Position numbers and translations under genes: made by a program. The notes beneath the pieces are model-generated. The model had not been told where the DNA came from and made no database searches. It worked only from the letters and a program-made list of their open reading frames with translations. From the human T2T-CHM13v2.0 reference genome, Homo sapiens: a stretch of 64,000 nt of DNA. Positions 26,771-39,949 of this stretch are shown one piece after another. The stretch lies in NCBI RefSeq assembly GCF_009914755.1, contig NC_060935.1, one strand, 5' to 3'. Each line of letters opens with the position of its first letter. Within the stretch, counting starts at the first letter, position 1.

Positions 26771-27526
26771 GCATGGGTTTTTTTTTAAATAAATAACCCC
26801 ATAATTATATAATAAAGATAAAACATAGAAGACCCTTGTTTGGTTCAAATAATTTTGGTTATATTTTCAGGAAACAAAGTTAAACGAATCTGTAACAATT
26901 TAAGATCCTAAAACATGGCCTGGGAGGCTACCTGATATCCCAGAATTTTGAATCAGCGGCTGGTTCAATTTAATATAGTATATTTTAGGGAGATATTATT
27001 TGTTCTTGATTTTATACCAGACACTAAAGAGATTACAATTCCTTTGCTCAAGAAGTTTACAACATTGGTGTTGCTGCAGAATGGTTTGTTTCCATAAAAC
27101 AATAAGAAAATCATGTAAGAAGATAAAAATGTAATAATATGCATACAATAACTGGTTTAAAATCAAACAGCCTCATGGTTTACTTTCTGCTCGCACCTAT
27201 ACTTCAGTAAATACAAGTCAAGCAAATACAAATAATTGAATAGTAGCGGAAAGCTGTAGTAAAAGTCGCCTGTAGAATATCAGAGGAGATTTAATTAACC
27301 ACTATTAGTAAAAGTTCTAGAAACCTTTCATTATCCATTCCTTTCTCAATTTCTCAGAAATTCCCTAATTACCCTCCTTCACTCTCAAACTTGTCAACCT
27401 AAAGAATTCTCTTCTGGCTTTTTGTGTGTGGGGTGGGGGGTGGGGGGTGTCTCTAACTCTAACATTTTTATTATGAGCATTCATTTAGCATCTGTGGCTT
27501 CTTTGGTTTATTTTCCCCTTTTTCAT

Positions 27527-27597
27527 TCTCTCTCTCTCTCCCTCCCTCCCTCCGTCCCTAGTCCCTCACTTCCTCGCTCCCTCTCTCTCCCTCTCTG
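27527..27597. repeat. CT-rich polypyrimidine low-complexity tract
   Basis: (CT)n/(CCCT)n run. Confidence 0.85.
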
Positions 27598-28475
27598 GCA
27601 ATTTCTTGCTGAATCAAATTGCTAGTGAACATACAAATGTTCTCAATGTTTTCTTGTGGATTCCTGAAGTTTTATAACTCTTTCATGATTGAATTAACTT
27701 ATGGAAAATTTAAACTAAAGTGGCTGTATGATATTGCCCCCTGCCCTGCCCCACAAACTGCCATGAGTCACTGTGATTAACCTCCTGTCTGATAAATTTG
27801 GAATTGCCTTGGTACAAGTACAAGGATAAATGAGGATACAATCAGATTTAATCAAGTTATAAAGTCTTCTTAAATGGTTCTCTAAATGTGACTGGTGATA
27901 AATCAAATTATTCTGAAAAATGAAGATAAAAAACAGTCTCTGGAACTATGTTTACTACCTAAAGGAGATATCTTTGTCCAATTCAGTGTAGAATCTTGTA
28001 AGAAAAGCCACAGAGTATTTCATGTCCCATTGGTATTTGTTTCTAAATTTGCTCCATAAAAATATTAACATTCTCTTTGCAATAAAAATGTGCTGTATTT
28101 AAATAGTGAGACTAAGGAAATAATTTGGCTTACTCCCATAAGTGTAATAAAACTATAAAATGTCTCTTTTTCTCTTTTACTTACATGCATGAACCAGGCT
28201 TGAATTATTTTAAGCTACCTAATATATTCAGCATTCTGAGTGATTTTTTTCTTCACTTCTAAGGACATGAAATGAAAACGCACAAATGTTATATATATTT
28301 GATGATAGGAAATAAGATAAGTGGACACTGGTTTATGCTGGTAATGGAAGTAAAATGCATACAGAATTTTTAAATAGAAATTTGGTTGCCTGTATCAAGA
28401 ACATTAAAATAATTCATAATCTGCATTCAATTTTTGCTTAGAGATGTAGAATCTGGAAGGAGGCTCATTCCTACT

Positions 28476-28902
28476 GGTTTAAGCTAAATTCAGTCCTCCT
28501 CAAATTTACATGTTAATTTCCTCATCCCCACTACCTCAAAATGTGACTGGATTTGGAGATAAGGCCTTTAAAGATGTGATTAAGTTAAAATGAGTTTGTA
28601 CAGGTGGGCCCTAATCCAGTCTCACTGGTCTTATAAGAAGAAGAAATTTGGGTGCATAGAGAGACCACCAGAAAAGTGAGCCTGCCCAGAGATACCAGAA
28701 AAGTGAGCGCACAGAGAAAAAGCCACGTAAGGACACAAGGAGAAGGTCACCATCTGCAAGCCAACAAGAGAGGCCCCCAAAGAGGCCTGCCCACACCTAG
28801 ACCTTAGAGTTCCCACCTACAGATTTGTGAGAAAATACATTTCGGTTGTTTAAGCCACTCAGTCTGTGATATTTTGTATGGCAGCTCTAGCAAATAAATA
28901 CA
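28476..28902 (+). mobile_element. MLT1B-like MaLR solo LTR
   Basis: ACCTCAAAATGTGACTGGATTTGGAGATAAGGCCTTTAAAGA...GTTTAAGCCACTCAGTCTGTG...AAATACA. Confidence 0.85.
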
Positions 28903-29039
28903 CTCACCCTTCAAATAAAAAAGCAAAACCTAACAGACAAGAAAGCAAAAGAAACTACAAATTCATGAGTATTTTTAAATCCACCAGAGATCTAAGGTCA
29001 TAGGCCGAACAACTTGATAAAAATGAAAGAAAAAAAAAA

Positions 29040-32000
29040 GTATCTGTGAGCACTACCTTACATGGTATATACAAAACCAGTAAGAACAATTGGAATTTCA
29101 AATTAAAAAAACTTTCATTTACAATAACAGCAAAACAAATGAAATACTTCAGTGTAGTATTCTAACATATTATGTGCATAATCTAACAAATTATGTGCAA
29201 GATGTGTAGGCTAACCTTGTGAATGATCTAAGCATTCAGTTAAAAACAGAGACTGTTACTGAACAGAAAGCAAGACCCAGTGACGTGTTATCTATACAAA
29301 GTCCACTTTAAATATAAATACATATATAAGTTAAAAGTAACAAGATATAAAAAACATGTACCATGCAACCACTAACCAATAAAAGCCAAAGTCATATAGT
29401 CATATCAGACAAAGACTTCTGAACTAGGAATTTTGTGATGGTTAATACTGAGTGTCAACTTGATTGGACTGAAGGATGCAAAGTATTGATCCTAAGTGTG
29501 TCTGTGAGGGTGTTGCCAAAGGAGATTAGCATTTGAGTTAGTGGGCTGGGAAAGGCAGACCCACCCTTATTCTGGGTAAGCACCATCTAATCAGCTGCCA
29601 GCACAGCCAGGATACAAAGCAGGCAGAAAAACGTGAAAAGGCTAGACTGGCTTAGCCTCCTAGCCTACATCTTTCTCCTGTATTGGACGCTTCCTGCCCT
29701 GGAACATCAGACTCCAAGTTCTTCAACTTTGTGACTCAGACTGGCTTCCTTGCTTCTCAGCTTGCAGACAGCTTATTGTGGCACCTTGTGATCATGTGAG
29801 TTAATAGTCCTTAATAAACTCTCCTTTATATATACATCTATCTTGTTAGTTCTGTCCTCCTACAGAACTCTGACTAATACAAATGTTATCAGAGGTAAAA
29901 AAGGATAATACATGATAATGAAGGTGTCAGTTCTCCAAGAAGGCTTAATAGTCCTAAATGTGTATGAACCGAACAACAGAGCTTCAAAATACACAAAGCA
30001 AAAAGTGGAAAGGAGAATCAACAAATCCAAAAGTATAGAGACTCTTCTCCTACTATTAATAATCAATATACTAAGGAGAATGAAAATCAGTAAGGTTATA
30101 GAAGATCTGAACAACACGATCAACCACTTTAACAAATTGACATTTAAAGAACACTTTGTACCCAACAACAGCAGAATACATATTCTGCTCTTCACATGGA
30201 AGATTCACTGAGATAGGCCATTTTGTAGGCCATAAAAATAAAAAAACACAAATTAACATATTAAAAAATAGAAATAATACTAAGTATGTTCCCAAACAAT
30301 ATGAGAATTAAACTGGAAATTTTTAGCAGAAAAATATCTGGGAAATCTCCAAATATTTGCAAATTAAGCATGCACTCCTAAGTAATTAAATGGTCTAATA
30401 GAAAGTCTTAAGGAAAAAATTTAAAAATATTTCAACAATAATGAAAATACAACATAACAATATTTGTAGTTTAGAGTTAAAGAAATGCATGGAGGGACAC
30501 TTTACGTTATTCAGCAGCTATTAGAAGTTCGTATGTCTAGTAATAGAGTTCAGCAAGGTTTCAGGATGAAAGGTTGACATGTAAAAAATCAAATATATTT
30601 ATACAAAATACCGATGAACAATTAGAATTTCAAATTTTTAAAAATACTATTAAACAGAAATATTTTGGTTTAAACTTAACAAAATATGTGCAAGAACTAC
30701 ATGTTGAAAGAAAGCTCTGATGCAAGAAATTAAAAATTATATAATGGGAAATATATGTGTTTTTTGATTGGTAGGCAATAGTTTTAAGATATCAATTCTT
30801 CCAAATTTGATCAATAGATTCAAGTCAATCTCAATCAAAATTCCAGCATGCTTTCTTGTTAATATGATAAACTGAACCTAAAACATACATGGAAAGTTAA
30901 AGGTAGTAGAATAGCTTAAATAGTTACGAGAAAAAAACCCCACAAAATTACAGGACCAATTCTACCAGATTTTGAACCTTTTTATAAGGCTCATAATTAA
31001 GACAGTGTTGTATTGGTGAAAAGATTAGACATATAGGTGAATGGAATGTACATAGGTTTTGGAAATTGACTTACACAAATCTGATCAATTTATTTTTGAT
31101 AAAGTTGTCAAGGCAATTAAATAGAGAAAGGATCGTCTTTTCAAAAATTGTGCGGGAACAATTCCTCTATTTGCAAAAACATGAACCTTGTCCCCTACTT
31201 CACATCTTACGTAGAAATTAACTCACGATGGATCCTAGACTTAAATGTAAAATGTTAAGCTGTAAAACTTGTGAGGAAAAAAAAAAAAAACAGCGGAAAA
31301 TGTGCTACGTTGGGTGGAGAAAGTTTTTAGATACAATGCTAAAAGCATTGATAAATTAGACTTTATAGAAACTAAAAATGTTTGCTTTGTTAAAGGCACT
31401 ATTAAGATGATAATAAAAGATGCGCCAGAGGTATATACAGATTATATTTTCCACAAAGAATTTGTTTCCAGAATATATAAGGAATATTTTTCATGATAAA
31501 ACCGACAATATAATTATACAAATGAGCAAAGATAGACATTTTACTAAATAAGTTGTATGAATGGCAAGTAATTATATAGAAATGTCCTCAGCATTATTAG
31601 TCACTAGGGAATTGAAAATTAGAATCACAGTGAGATTCCACTATATACCTTTCAAAATGGCTAATTATGAGTAAAAATGGAGCAAAAAAACTTTACAATT
31701 TCAAGTGCTAGCAAGTATGTGAAGCTACTTAAATACTCATCCTTTGCTAGTAGAAAAAGCAAATGGGTATTTTTTGGAAAACAGCTTAACAATTTCTTAT
31801 ACAATTAAGACATGTACCTACCATATGTCCCAGTAGTCCCACCAGTATGTATTTACCCAAGGGAAATTAATACAGATTTGCATTAAACCTATTTTAAATA
31901 TTTATAGCAATTTTCTTCATAACACCAAATAAGTAGGTACCATTCAGAACAACTAAGGTCTCATTCAATTGGTTAATGGATAAACGAACTAATATGTCTC

Positions 32001-33030
32001 TAAATTAACTACACCTAAGCAATTAAAAGAATTCGAGAGAGTCTTCAGATGCAAGAATATGAGGCCATACTTGAACAAAAACATAAAAAAAGATGTGGAT
32101 ATGGTGAAAGGGCACAAAAGCAGTGCCTAATCTCCAAAGTTGAAAAAATTTGTTCAATAAAATAAATAATACTTTTGGATTAAAACCCAGATAATAATAT
32201 AAATATCCTTGAGTCCAAATGAATATAAAAATAAGTAAATAAATAAATGAATTGCAAGAAGACACATTTTTTCTCACAGAAAAAAATTAATAAATGTAGA
32301 TAGAATAAAGGAAATAGAAAATCTTCACTTGAACATCATGCTAATTATTGCAGCAGGCAAGATCCACAAATGGATGCTAAAATTCATATACAAAAGTGTA
32401 AGGATAAAGTATATACTTGCATAGATCCATCATATTTTCCTCAAAATAAATATTTATTAATTATAAGGTAAAATATAGTAACTTTACATTGAACAAATAT
32501 GGCATACACTACCTTAACCAAGTGATCAAGTTTAACATAAGCAGAATATGATATACCAACATCTTGTACCTACAAAGGAAGTTGCATTAAGAGAAGTATT
32601 TCACTTCTGTGATATTTTTTACAGTAACGCATAGCCTAAATCTAATTATAAGAGAACATCAGACAAACCCAATATAAGGGGCCTTTTACAAAATAATTAA
32701 CTAGTACTCCTTTAAAAGTCTTAAGGTTATGAATGAGAAAGAAAGACTGAGAAACTGTCACAGATGGGAGAATTACAAAGGATGCACGATTATATCACAT
32801 TGAGGATTCTGGATTAGATCCTAGAGTGGAAGAAGAATATTAATGAAAAAAACAGTAAAAGCCAGAGTCTAGTTTAACTCATAGTAATGTACCAATGTTA
32901 ATTTGTTTTGGCAATTGTGCTGTGGTTATATAAGATGTTATTATTAGGGTCACCTGCATCATCATTCAAACTCTCTATACTACCTCTGTAGCTCTTCTAT
33001 AAATCTAAAATTATTGTTGCAAATTTAAAA
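29040..33030 (+). mobile_element. Old L1MC (MC3/4-like) ORF2 remnant plus 3'UTR, interrupted by MLT2A1
   Basis: Endonuclease-domain remnant (LIVLNVYEPNNRASKY; ORF 29912-30211), IDKLDFIETKNVCFVKGTI, L1MC-type 3'UTR; many stops and frameshifts. Confidence 0.85.
29434..29881 (+). mobile_element. MLT2A1 (HERV-L) solo LTR
   Basis: TGTGATGGTTAATACTGAGTGTCAACTTGATTGG...CTGACTAATACA; 5-bp TSD AATTT / AATGT. Confidence 0.92.
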
Positions 33031-33427
33031 GCTGGAAAATATTCATTATGTTTAAATTACTACTATCTTTTCCAGGAATTTCTTTAAAAAGTAGCCCAAA
33101 AATTATAATTTAGTAAGAAAATTATCAAAAATAATTGCTGTGTAATCAATCACACACAAAAATAATTTGTAAAAATACTTTAGTAATCATGAGAAAAACT
33201 AAATTAAAAAAGGTGAGAAACACCATTACAGTTTATGGTGCCAAATAGAAGTAAGGGTCACCCCTCCATCAAGATTCTGTGCAATATCTGTTCAGGTTTT
33301 ATTTTATAAATCAACTGGCTGCCTTTAACAGCACAATATACAGTTAGATTAGAGTTTGTTTTGTAAATAAGCCAATACGAGTTCCTGAAGAAAAAAAAAG
33401 AAAGAAGGAGCTCTTAAAACGATGCAT

Positions 33428-33985
33428 CATATGGCCAACAAGCACATGAAAAGAAGCTCTCATCATTCTACCATAAAGACACATGCATGTGAATGTTCAT
33501 TGCAGCACTATTCACAATAGCAAGACATGAAATCAACATAAATGTCCATCAGTGACAGACTGGATAAAGAAAATGTGGTACAAATACACATGGAATACTA
33601 TGCAGCCATAAAAACAATGAGATTATGTCTGTTTCCAAAACGTGGTTGGAGCTGGAGGCTATTATCCTTAGCAAACTAATACAGGAACAGAAAACCAAAT
33701 ACCACATGTCCTCACTTTTATAAGTGGGAGCTGAATGAGGAGAATGCATGAACACAAAGAAGGGAACAACAGACATTGAGTGTGGGAGGTGGGAAAAGAG
33801 AGAAGAGCAGAACAAATAACTACTGGGTAGCAGGCTTAATACCTGGGTGATAAAATAATCTATGCAACAAACCCCCATGACACAAGTTTACTTATATAAT
33901 AAAACTTCACACATACCCCTGAACCTAAAAGCTAAAAATAAATAAAAATAAAACATAGATGGCAGTTAAAAAAAGATACAGAAAA
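33428..33985 (+). mobile_element. L1PA15/16-like 3' end with internal deletion
   Basis: TTATCCTTAGCAAACTAATACAGGAACAGAAAACCAAATACC...; A-rich tail; TSD-like ACGATGCATC / ACAATGCATC. Confidence 0.9.
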
Positions 33986-35808
33986 CAAAACACAATGCAT
34001 CTGTAAAAAGGATGTCAGAAATTCGAGTAGAGAAAGGAGCAAGCCCCTTTGAGAGGGTGCATATTCAGTTATAGGTTCTGGAGCTTTCTATTAGGCTACA
34101 GATCTTGGCTTTTGACTATTTTTCTGTAGACACAATGTATGTCTTCTTTTTATAGGTTTGTTAATGATAAAAAAAAAAGTATCCTAATGTTACCTAGAAA
34201 GAAAAGATACTACATTTAACTCTAAAGAAACAAGTTCAAACGGAAATACTATACAGAATAACTATCATGGGTTCCATCTTGTGTATCGGTGCCAGTGTCT
34301 CCTGACCCTGTACCTTTCATACCACTGTTTTTATTCCTGAGCCAAGAAAGGGTAGTTTGAAAATAATCCTGAGATCATGACATTTGAATTCTGATTTCCA
34401 AGATTCCAAATGCCTTTGTGTGGTTCTCATGTATAGTTTTGTTCAACTAGAAGGCTGCCTCTCATAATGACAACAGGCCTTTATTTATTGTTTATTGCAA
34501 GCATGAGCTAAACTTGTGCCTCCAATCATAAGCAAGCAAGTTAAAGCTAGCAACTGAAAAGGCTCTTAATTCCAGAGAAAGGTGGGACTGGCTACCATTC
34601 TGCAATAGAGTTTGAAACAATAAACAGATATTAGAAAGTATTTGGAGGAAAGTTGTCAAAGAGAGAACAAGGCATGTCTGCATAATAGAAGCTATGATCT
34701 TTACCCTCGGTGGAAAAAGATTTGAGTTGAACAAATATCATCATTTAGATAATATTTTTCTAAGTTCTCACTTACATAAAAATACAGCTATTTATGAATC
34801 CCAAATATTTGGATGGAGCAGGAATGAAACGAAGATAACTTTACCTAACAGTACCTCGATGGTGTCTCAATGATTCTACTCAAGAAAAGAGGGTGAGGTG
34901 TGGGAGAATAGATGAGGGAGTTGCAGGTACCTGGCTAATAGCACCTTTCTTCATCCAACTACCTGGGTTTTCAGGCTGTCAATAGGAAAAGGGGAAGAAA
35001 AAATATTATTTAAAGAAACCAGCAAGTTTAGTGTTCCCACTTATGGAAATGTCAAAGAGAGAATCTGGACTGGGGCATCTCATTTCATATCACACCAAGA
35101 AGCAGGGCTTATTTTGTACCACCTCTTCCCCACCTTTCTCTTACGTTGCAGGGCTTGGGTGGTAAGAAATCAATGTGCACCCTGCCAAAGCCTTGGAAAG
35201 TGACTCAAATTTGTAAGATGTAGACTTTGGTAATCTGTTAAGGGAAAGAGGAAAGTATACAGGGAGAGAAGCATTTTTTTCTCTGAGATAAACAGATTTT
35301 TTCTCAGAGGTAAAGACTTTGCATAAGACCTGAATGGATTAGGAAAATGGCATGTGAACTTGAATTTAGAGGAGCTAGACTAGGAATCAAATAAGTATCC
35401 TCAGAGGAACTCCCTATATGAGGGTCCCAAGTCTTCATGTGTCTTCTGTTTTGATATTCAAAACAAGTTTGCGTTAGTTAGAAACTAATTTTTCTTTCTT
35501 CTTTATTGCAAATCTTAATCCTTTAGAAAATAAATTTTGCCTATACCTGCTCAGTCTTGGGAATATAGACTTTTCCACCTACTCTTGAACTCTCTGTGGA
35601 GAAGGTCTCTAGTTAATTAACTCTCGTATATTAGAATTCCACATGAGGGGAACTGTTGATGGTGATGCCTGGAGGGGAAAACTTAGACCTATGGCTCAAG
35701 AGAGGGAAGCTGCAAGAAATACAGAAAGACTAGATACTCTGCCAGCGTGGTGAACTCTTGGCTGCTGTCTTCTCAAAGGGAAAGAGAGACAACCCAGTGG
35801 GCATCCGT

Positions 35809-35944
35809 GTTACTCTTGCTCTTCATGTTTTTCTGAGACATTTTACAATGTTTATGTAAAGATGTTTTTCAGGGTTATTCTGTTTTCCTCATGTTTTTCT
35901 GAGACATTTTACAATGTTTATTTAAAGATGTTTTTCAGGGTTAC
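35809..35944. repeat. Tandem duplication, ~65 bp x2
   Basis: TCATGTTTTTCTGAGACATTTTACAATGTTTAT(G/T)TAAAGATGTTTTTCAGGGTTA occurs twice. Confidence 0.95.
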
Positions 35945-35958
35945 AAAGGGCCAGTCTT

Positions 35959-36268
35959 TTTTTTTTTTTTTTTTTTCTGAGCCGGAGTCTCCCTCTGTTG
36001 CCCAGCTGGAAGTGCAGTGGCACCATCGCGGCTCACTGAAACCTCTGCCTCCTGGGTTCAAGTGATTCTCCTACCTCAGCCTCCCCAGTAGCAAGTAGCT
36101 GGGACTACTGGCATACACCACCATGCCCAGCAAATTTTTGCATTTTTAGTAGAGATGAGGGTTTCACCATGTTGTCCAGGCTGGTCCTGAACTACTGGCC
36201 TCAAGTGATCCGCTTGCCTCGGTCTCCCAACGTGCTGGGATTACAGGCAGGAGCCACTGCACCCAGCC
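35959..36268 (-). mobile_element. AluS (Sz/Sx-like)
   Basis: Full Alu; TSD AAAGGGCCA(G/A)TCTT at 35945-35958 and 36269-36282. Confidence 0.95.
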
Positions 36269-37194
36269 AAAGGGCCAATCTTAAAAGGCATTGCAGGACT
36301 TGCCGTCTTAGATGTTTAGAAGGACCCATGTGTTAAAAGTGTTTGAAATAGGTTTTGACCCCTTACTGAAGGGGTTGAGAGGGCCTATGTTTGTGAAGTG
36401 AGGTTGGAGAAGCGGAGTCTATATATGTGCTGTATTATGTGCCTGTGTGTGTATTTCTGTGTGTAGGTGTTCAACCATGTACTGTATCTCTGTCTTTCAG
36501 TCTTGATTGATAGAAAATTTATTTAACTTACTTCAAATGTAGAGAAAAAAATACAGGAAAGATTGTAATAAGTGGATCGAATTCTAGTTAGTTCAACTCT
36601 AAAGTATTGAATATTCAAGTGTTCATGTTCCTGGGATGGTGGTGGGGGTATTTCTCTAAGTCGAGAATTTTACAAAAATTGATTCTGATGTGTGTCTCTT
36701 CTTCTTAAACCCTTATAGAGTGTGAGAGTCAAGACTATTCCTTACAAACTTCTTTTATATTCCCCTTACTTTACTCAAAATACTGAGCATATAGCAGCCG
36801 CACATTTAATTAATTAGTAAGTTACCTGGGTTAAAAATAGAGACATATATAAGTAGAAAACTCAGGAGTTCAGTATTTTGCCAGTAATAGATGAGAATTT
36901 TAAAACAGTGTGAAGAATATTTCTCCAAGATCTGGGATTATGATTAATTGGATGCATGAATTTGTTTGTGTGTAAAATTAAAATTAGGCTAATAAAATTA
37001 GTACAATTCATGATCAGTTTGGTTTCATAATTTGCATCATCTGAAAAGCAGAAAATTTTGGGTCTAAATTAAATATAGAGATAAATTAGAGATTTATAAC
37101 TTAACTTTAGTGAAAGAGTCAATTATATCTGAGGAAGACCAGACTATTAAATTTTTTCTAGAATGTGAGCCTCCCTGAGCAGGTGTTCCTCATG

Positions 37195-37440
37195 AATCAG
37201 AGTCTGGAGTCTAGAGATCTGGCCTGCATTTGAATTCCTGCTCTGTCACTTAGTAACGACGTGACCCTGAGCAACTTCCTTAATCTCTCTGTGCTTCAGT
37301 CTTTACTCCAAAAATAGGGATTTTAATAGCATCTACCTCTTTGGGTAGTTATGAGGATTGAATGGGCTGATACATGCATGCATGCATGCAGACAGAGAAG
37401 AGTCTGGCACAGATTAAGTGCTCAAAACTGTTATTTGTGA
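37195..37440 (+). mobile_element. MIR SINE
   Basis: CTCTGTCACTTAGTAACGACGTGACCCTGAGCAACTTCCTTAATCTCTCTGTGCTTCAGT. Confidence 0.85.
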
Positions 37441-37447
37441 AGATGAT

Positions 37448-38060
37448 TGTACTCATTTCCTGTCTCTCCTCTAATAAATTATTACAAACTAAGAGGCATA
37501 AAACAGTCCAACTTTGTTATTTTACAGTTCCGTAGATGAAGTTTGACGCAGGTCTCACTAGGCTAAAATTTAGGTGTCTTTAGGCTGCATTGCTTTCTAT
37601 AGGTCCTGGAGGAGGATCTGTTTCTTTGCTAATTCCAGTTATTGGCAGAATTCAGTTCCTTGCAGTAATAGGATCTAGGTCTCCGTGTTCTTGTTGGCTG
37701 TAAGCAGAGGGCTGTTTCCAGCTTCTAAAAGTACTGCATTCTTTGGCTCATGGCCCCTTCCTTCATCTACCAGGCCAGCAAAGGAGGCCAAGTCCTTGCT
37801 ATGTGGCATCTTTCTGATCATTCTTTCATGGTCAAGTTATAATCATTCCAGCTGGGAAAGGTCCTTCACTTTTAAGGTTGCGTGTACTTAGATAGGGTCC
37901 ACCTAAATAATCTGGGATAATCTCCCCTTCCCAAAGTCCTTATCCTTAATCATATCTGCAAAGTTCCGTTTCCAGGTAAAGCAACATAATCACAGGTTTT
38001 AGTGACTGTTGCATGAAAATCTTTTGTTGTGGGAGAGGAGTCATTATTCCACTTACTACA
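37448..38060 (-). mobile_element. MLT1E-like MaLR solo LTR
   Basis: TG...CA ends; TTGGCAGAATTCAGTTCCTTGCAG; TSD ATGAT / ATGGT. Confidence 0.85.
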
Positions 38061-38734
38061 ATGGTGATAGCCTTGAGGTTGAAGGTAAAATTTAAAAGTC
38101 AGAAATCATTGTATTTGTCAGGTCATCTGTAGGGGAATTTTTCAGTTTCTGTACATATTCGAAAGTGGAAATAAAGTGACCAAATACCCTAGAATCTCTC
38201 CCTAAAGCAATGTTTATAAAACATCCTCCAAATATTATTTTTGGGAGATAATAGACATAAAATTGAAAAAATAGGTGTGTATAGGAGGGCTTCTGTTTGT
38301 TGTCAAATAAGACAGGTAAATAAAGCAAATTCAATCTGATTCTTTAAAGAGATTTTTTCTACTACCCTTAATATGGTAATGCGCATTGCGACTTCCCAGA
38401 AGGGATTTGTAGTGTTTGTTAGTCATAATTGATTATAGACATTTTATTTTTATTTATTTCCTAAGAGATTCTGAATTAACCTTGGCACGTGATTGTCCAG
38501 GCACCTGGTGTGCTAGCAACGCACTTGGCTGGAGGTATGGACAACATCTCTCATCGCGTAGGAGGCAGATTTACAAGGAGACTCTACCCTGGCTATATTT
38601 AAATGGTGTTTTATCTATAAGATCCTTTTTAGAACTTATTTTTCTTTCAAATTATAGGAACCATTTTATACTATTCTGTATTTGGAAGCATCTGTACTAC
38701 TTAGACATAGCCAAATCCTTTTGTCATTAGCTAA

Positions 38735-38970
38735 ATAATAATAATTATTAATATCTCATATTTTACATCTGTTCAATAAGTGCCGGGCACTGTGCTAAGG
38801 ACTTCATGAGCATTATTTCACTGAATACTCATGACAATGCTTGTGAAGTTGGTGCTATAATTATGAGGGAAATGAGACTTAGCAAATTAATATAGTAAAT
38901 ATTGGGATAAATAAAATATAGTCTGTGTTATTTCATAGTATGTCCTCTTGCTCACTATGCTGTACTGTCA
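38735..38970 (-). mobile_element. MIR SINE
   Basis: GTGCCGGGCACTGTGCTAAG...ATGAGGGAAATGAGACTTAG. Confidence 0.7.
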
Positions 38971-39949
38971 CTATAAATAGTTATAAGTGTAAGCCATAAT
39001 GTTACAATAAATCCAAAGGCAGTATTTTATTTGGAAGTGGACAGTGGAAACGAATTGCACAATCTAAGACTAAGGCAGGCATATTTAGTTGTGCCTTAGA
39101 TATGGTCATTATTGTTTCCCTGCATACATCCTTTCCCAAGAGAAACTGCCTCTCTCCCCTCAGCTGACTTGTTTGTACAACTCCTTGTCTCCCTCTACAC
39201 TCTGACCCCACATCAAAAATTAGACCAGATATAGAAATCTGATCTCAAAACAACCAATTCATGAACTAGTCTGAGCCAAGTAGATTATATCTTGAGACTC
39301 TGAGTTCAGTCATTTTGCAACCGAGTCACATAAGAGGTCACCAGACAAAAGATACAGTGCAAGAACCCTTACAGGGCTAAGGTGGTGCCTCCTGGAAAGG
39401 ACATTTTAAATGATTTTCTTCTCCTGATCTGAAGGAACAGGAAAAGGCAAATACAAAGGAGTCTTGAGATCAATGGGAGAAGGAAGATTTCTAGAGAGTT
39501 GGGGAGTGCGAATGTACAGTCGTTGTGAAAGGATGCCAGTGCCTGTTGAGTGAACAATCTGGCCTACTTGTGAGAATTGCCTGGCGGTTGGGAAGAGGGA
39601 TTTGCCGAGCCACCTTTGCTTGATTAAAATGTCTTGTGAAGTCTTCAAATTCCCTTTGCTTTGGTTTTATATTTGCTGAGCAACCTTCTAATCTTAATTT
39701 GCTTTCCCACCGAGGCTTCCCTAACAGGTGGTGAAAGTGCTTTCTGGCTGACAGGAACATTCTTCACAGTGAATTAATAAATTGTCATTCTGATGTCAAT
39801 CTCTCATCAGCTGGGCCAGGGTGAATCATCGGGCTTGGTCCCAGGGAGGTGAACTAATGGATGAGGACTCTGAACCCCCCTGGGGTGAATGGCCAGGTTC
39901 AATTCAACACCCCGGAGCCTGGAGCCAACAAGCAGTCAGGCACACAGCA

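Noticed and set aside
29860-30295. Overlapping 74-111 aa ORFs
   Set aside because: Decayed L1 endonuclease domain and its antisense frames.
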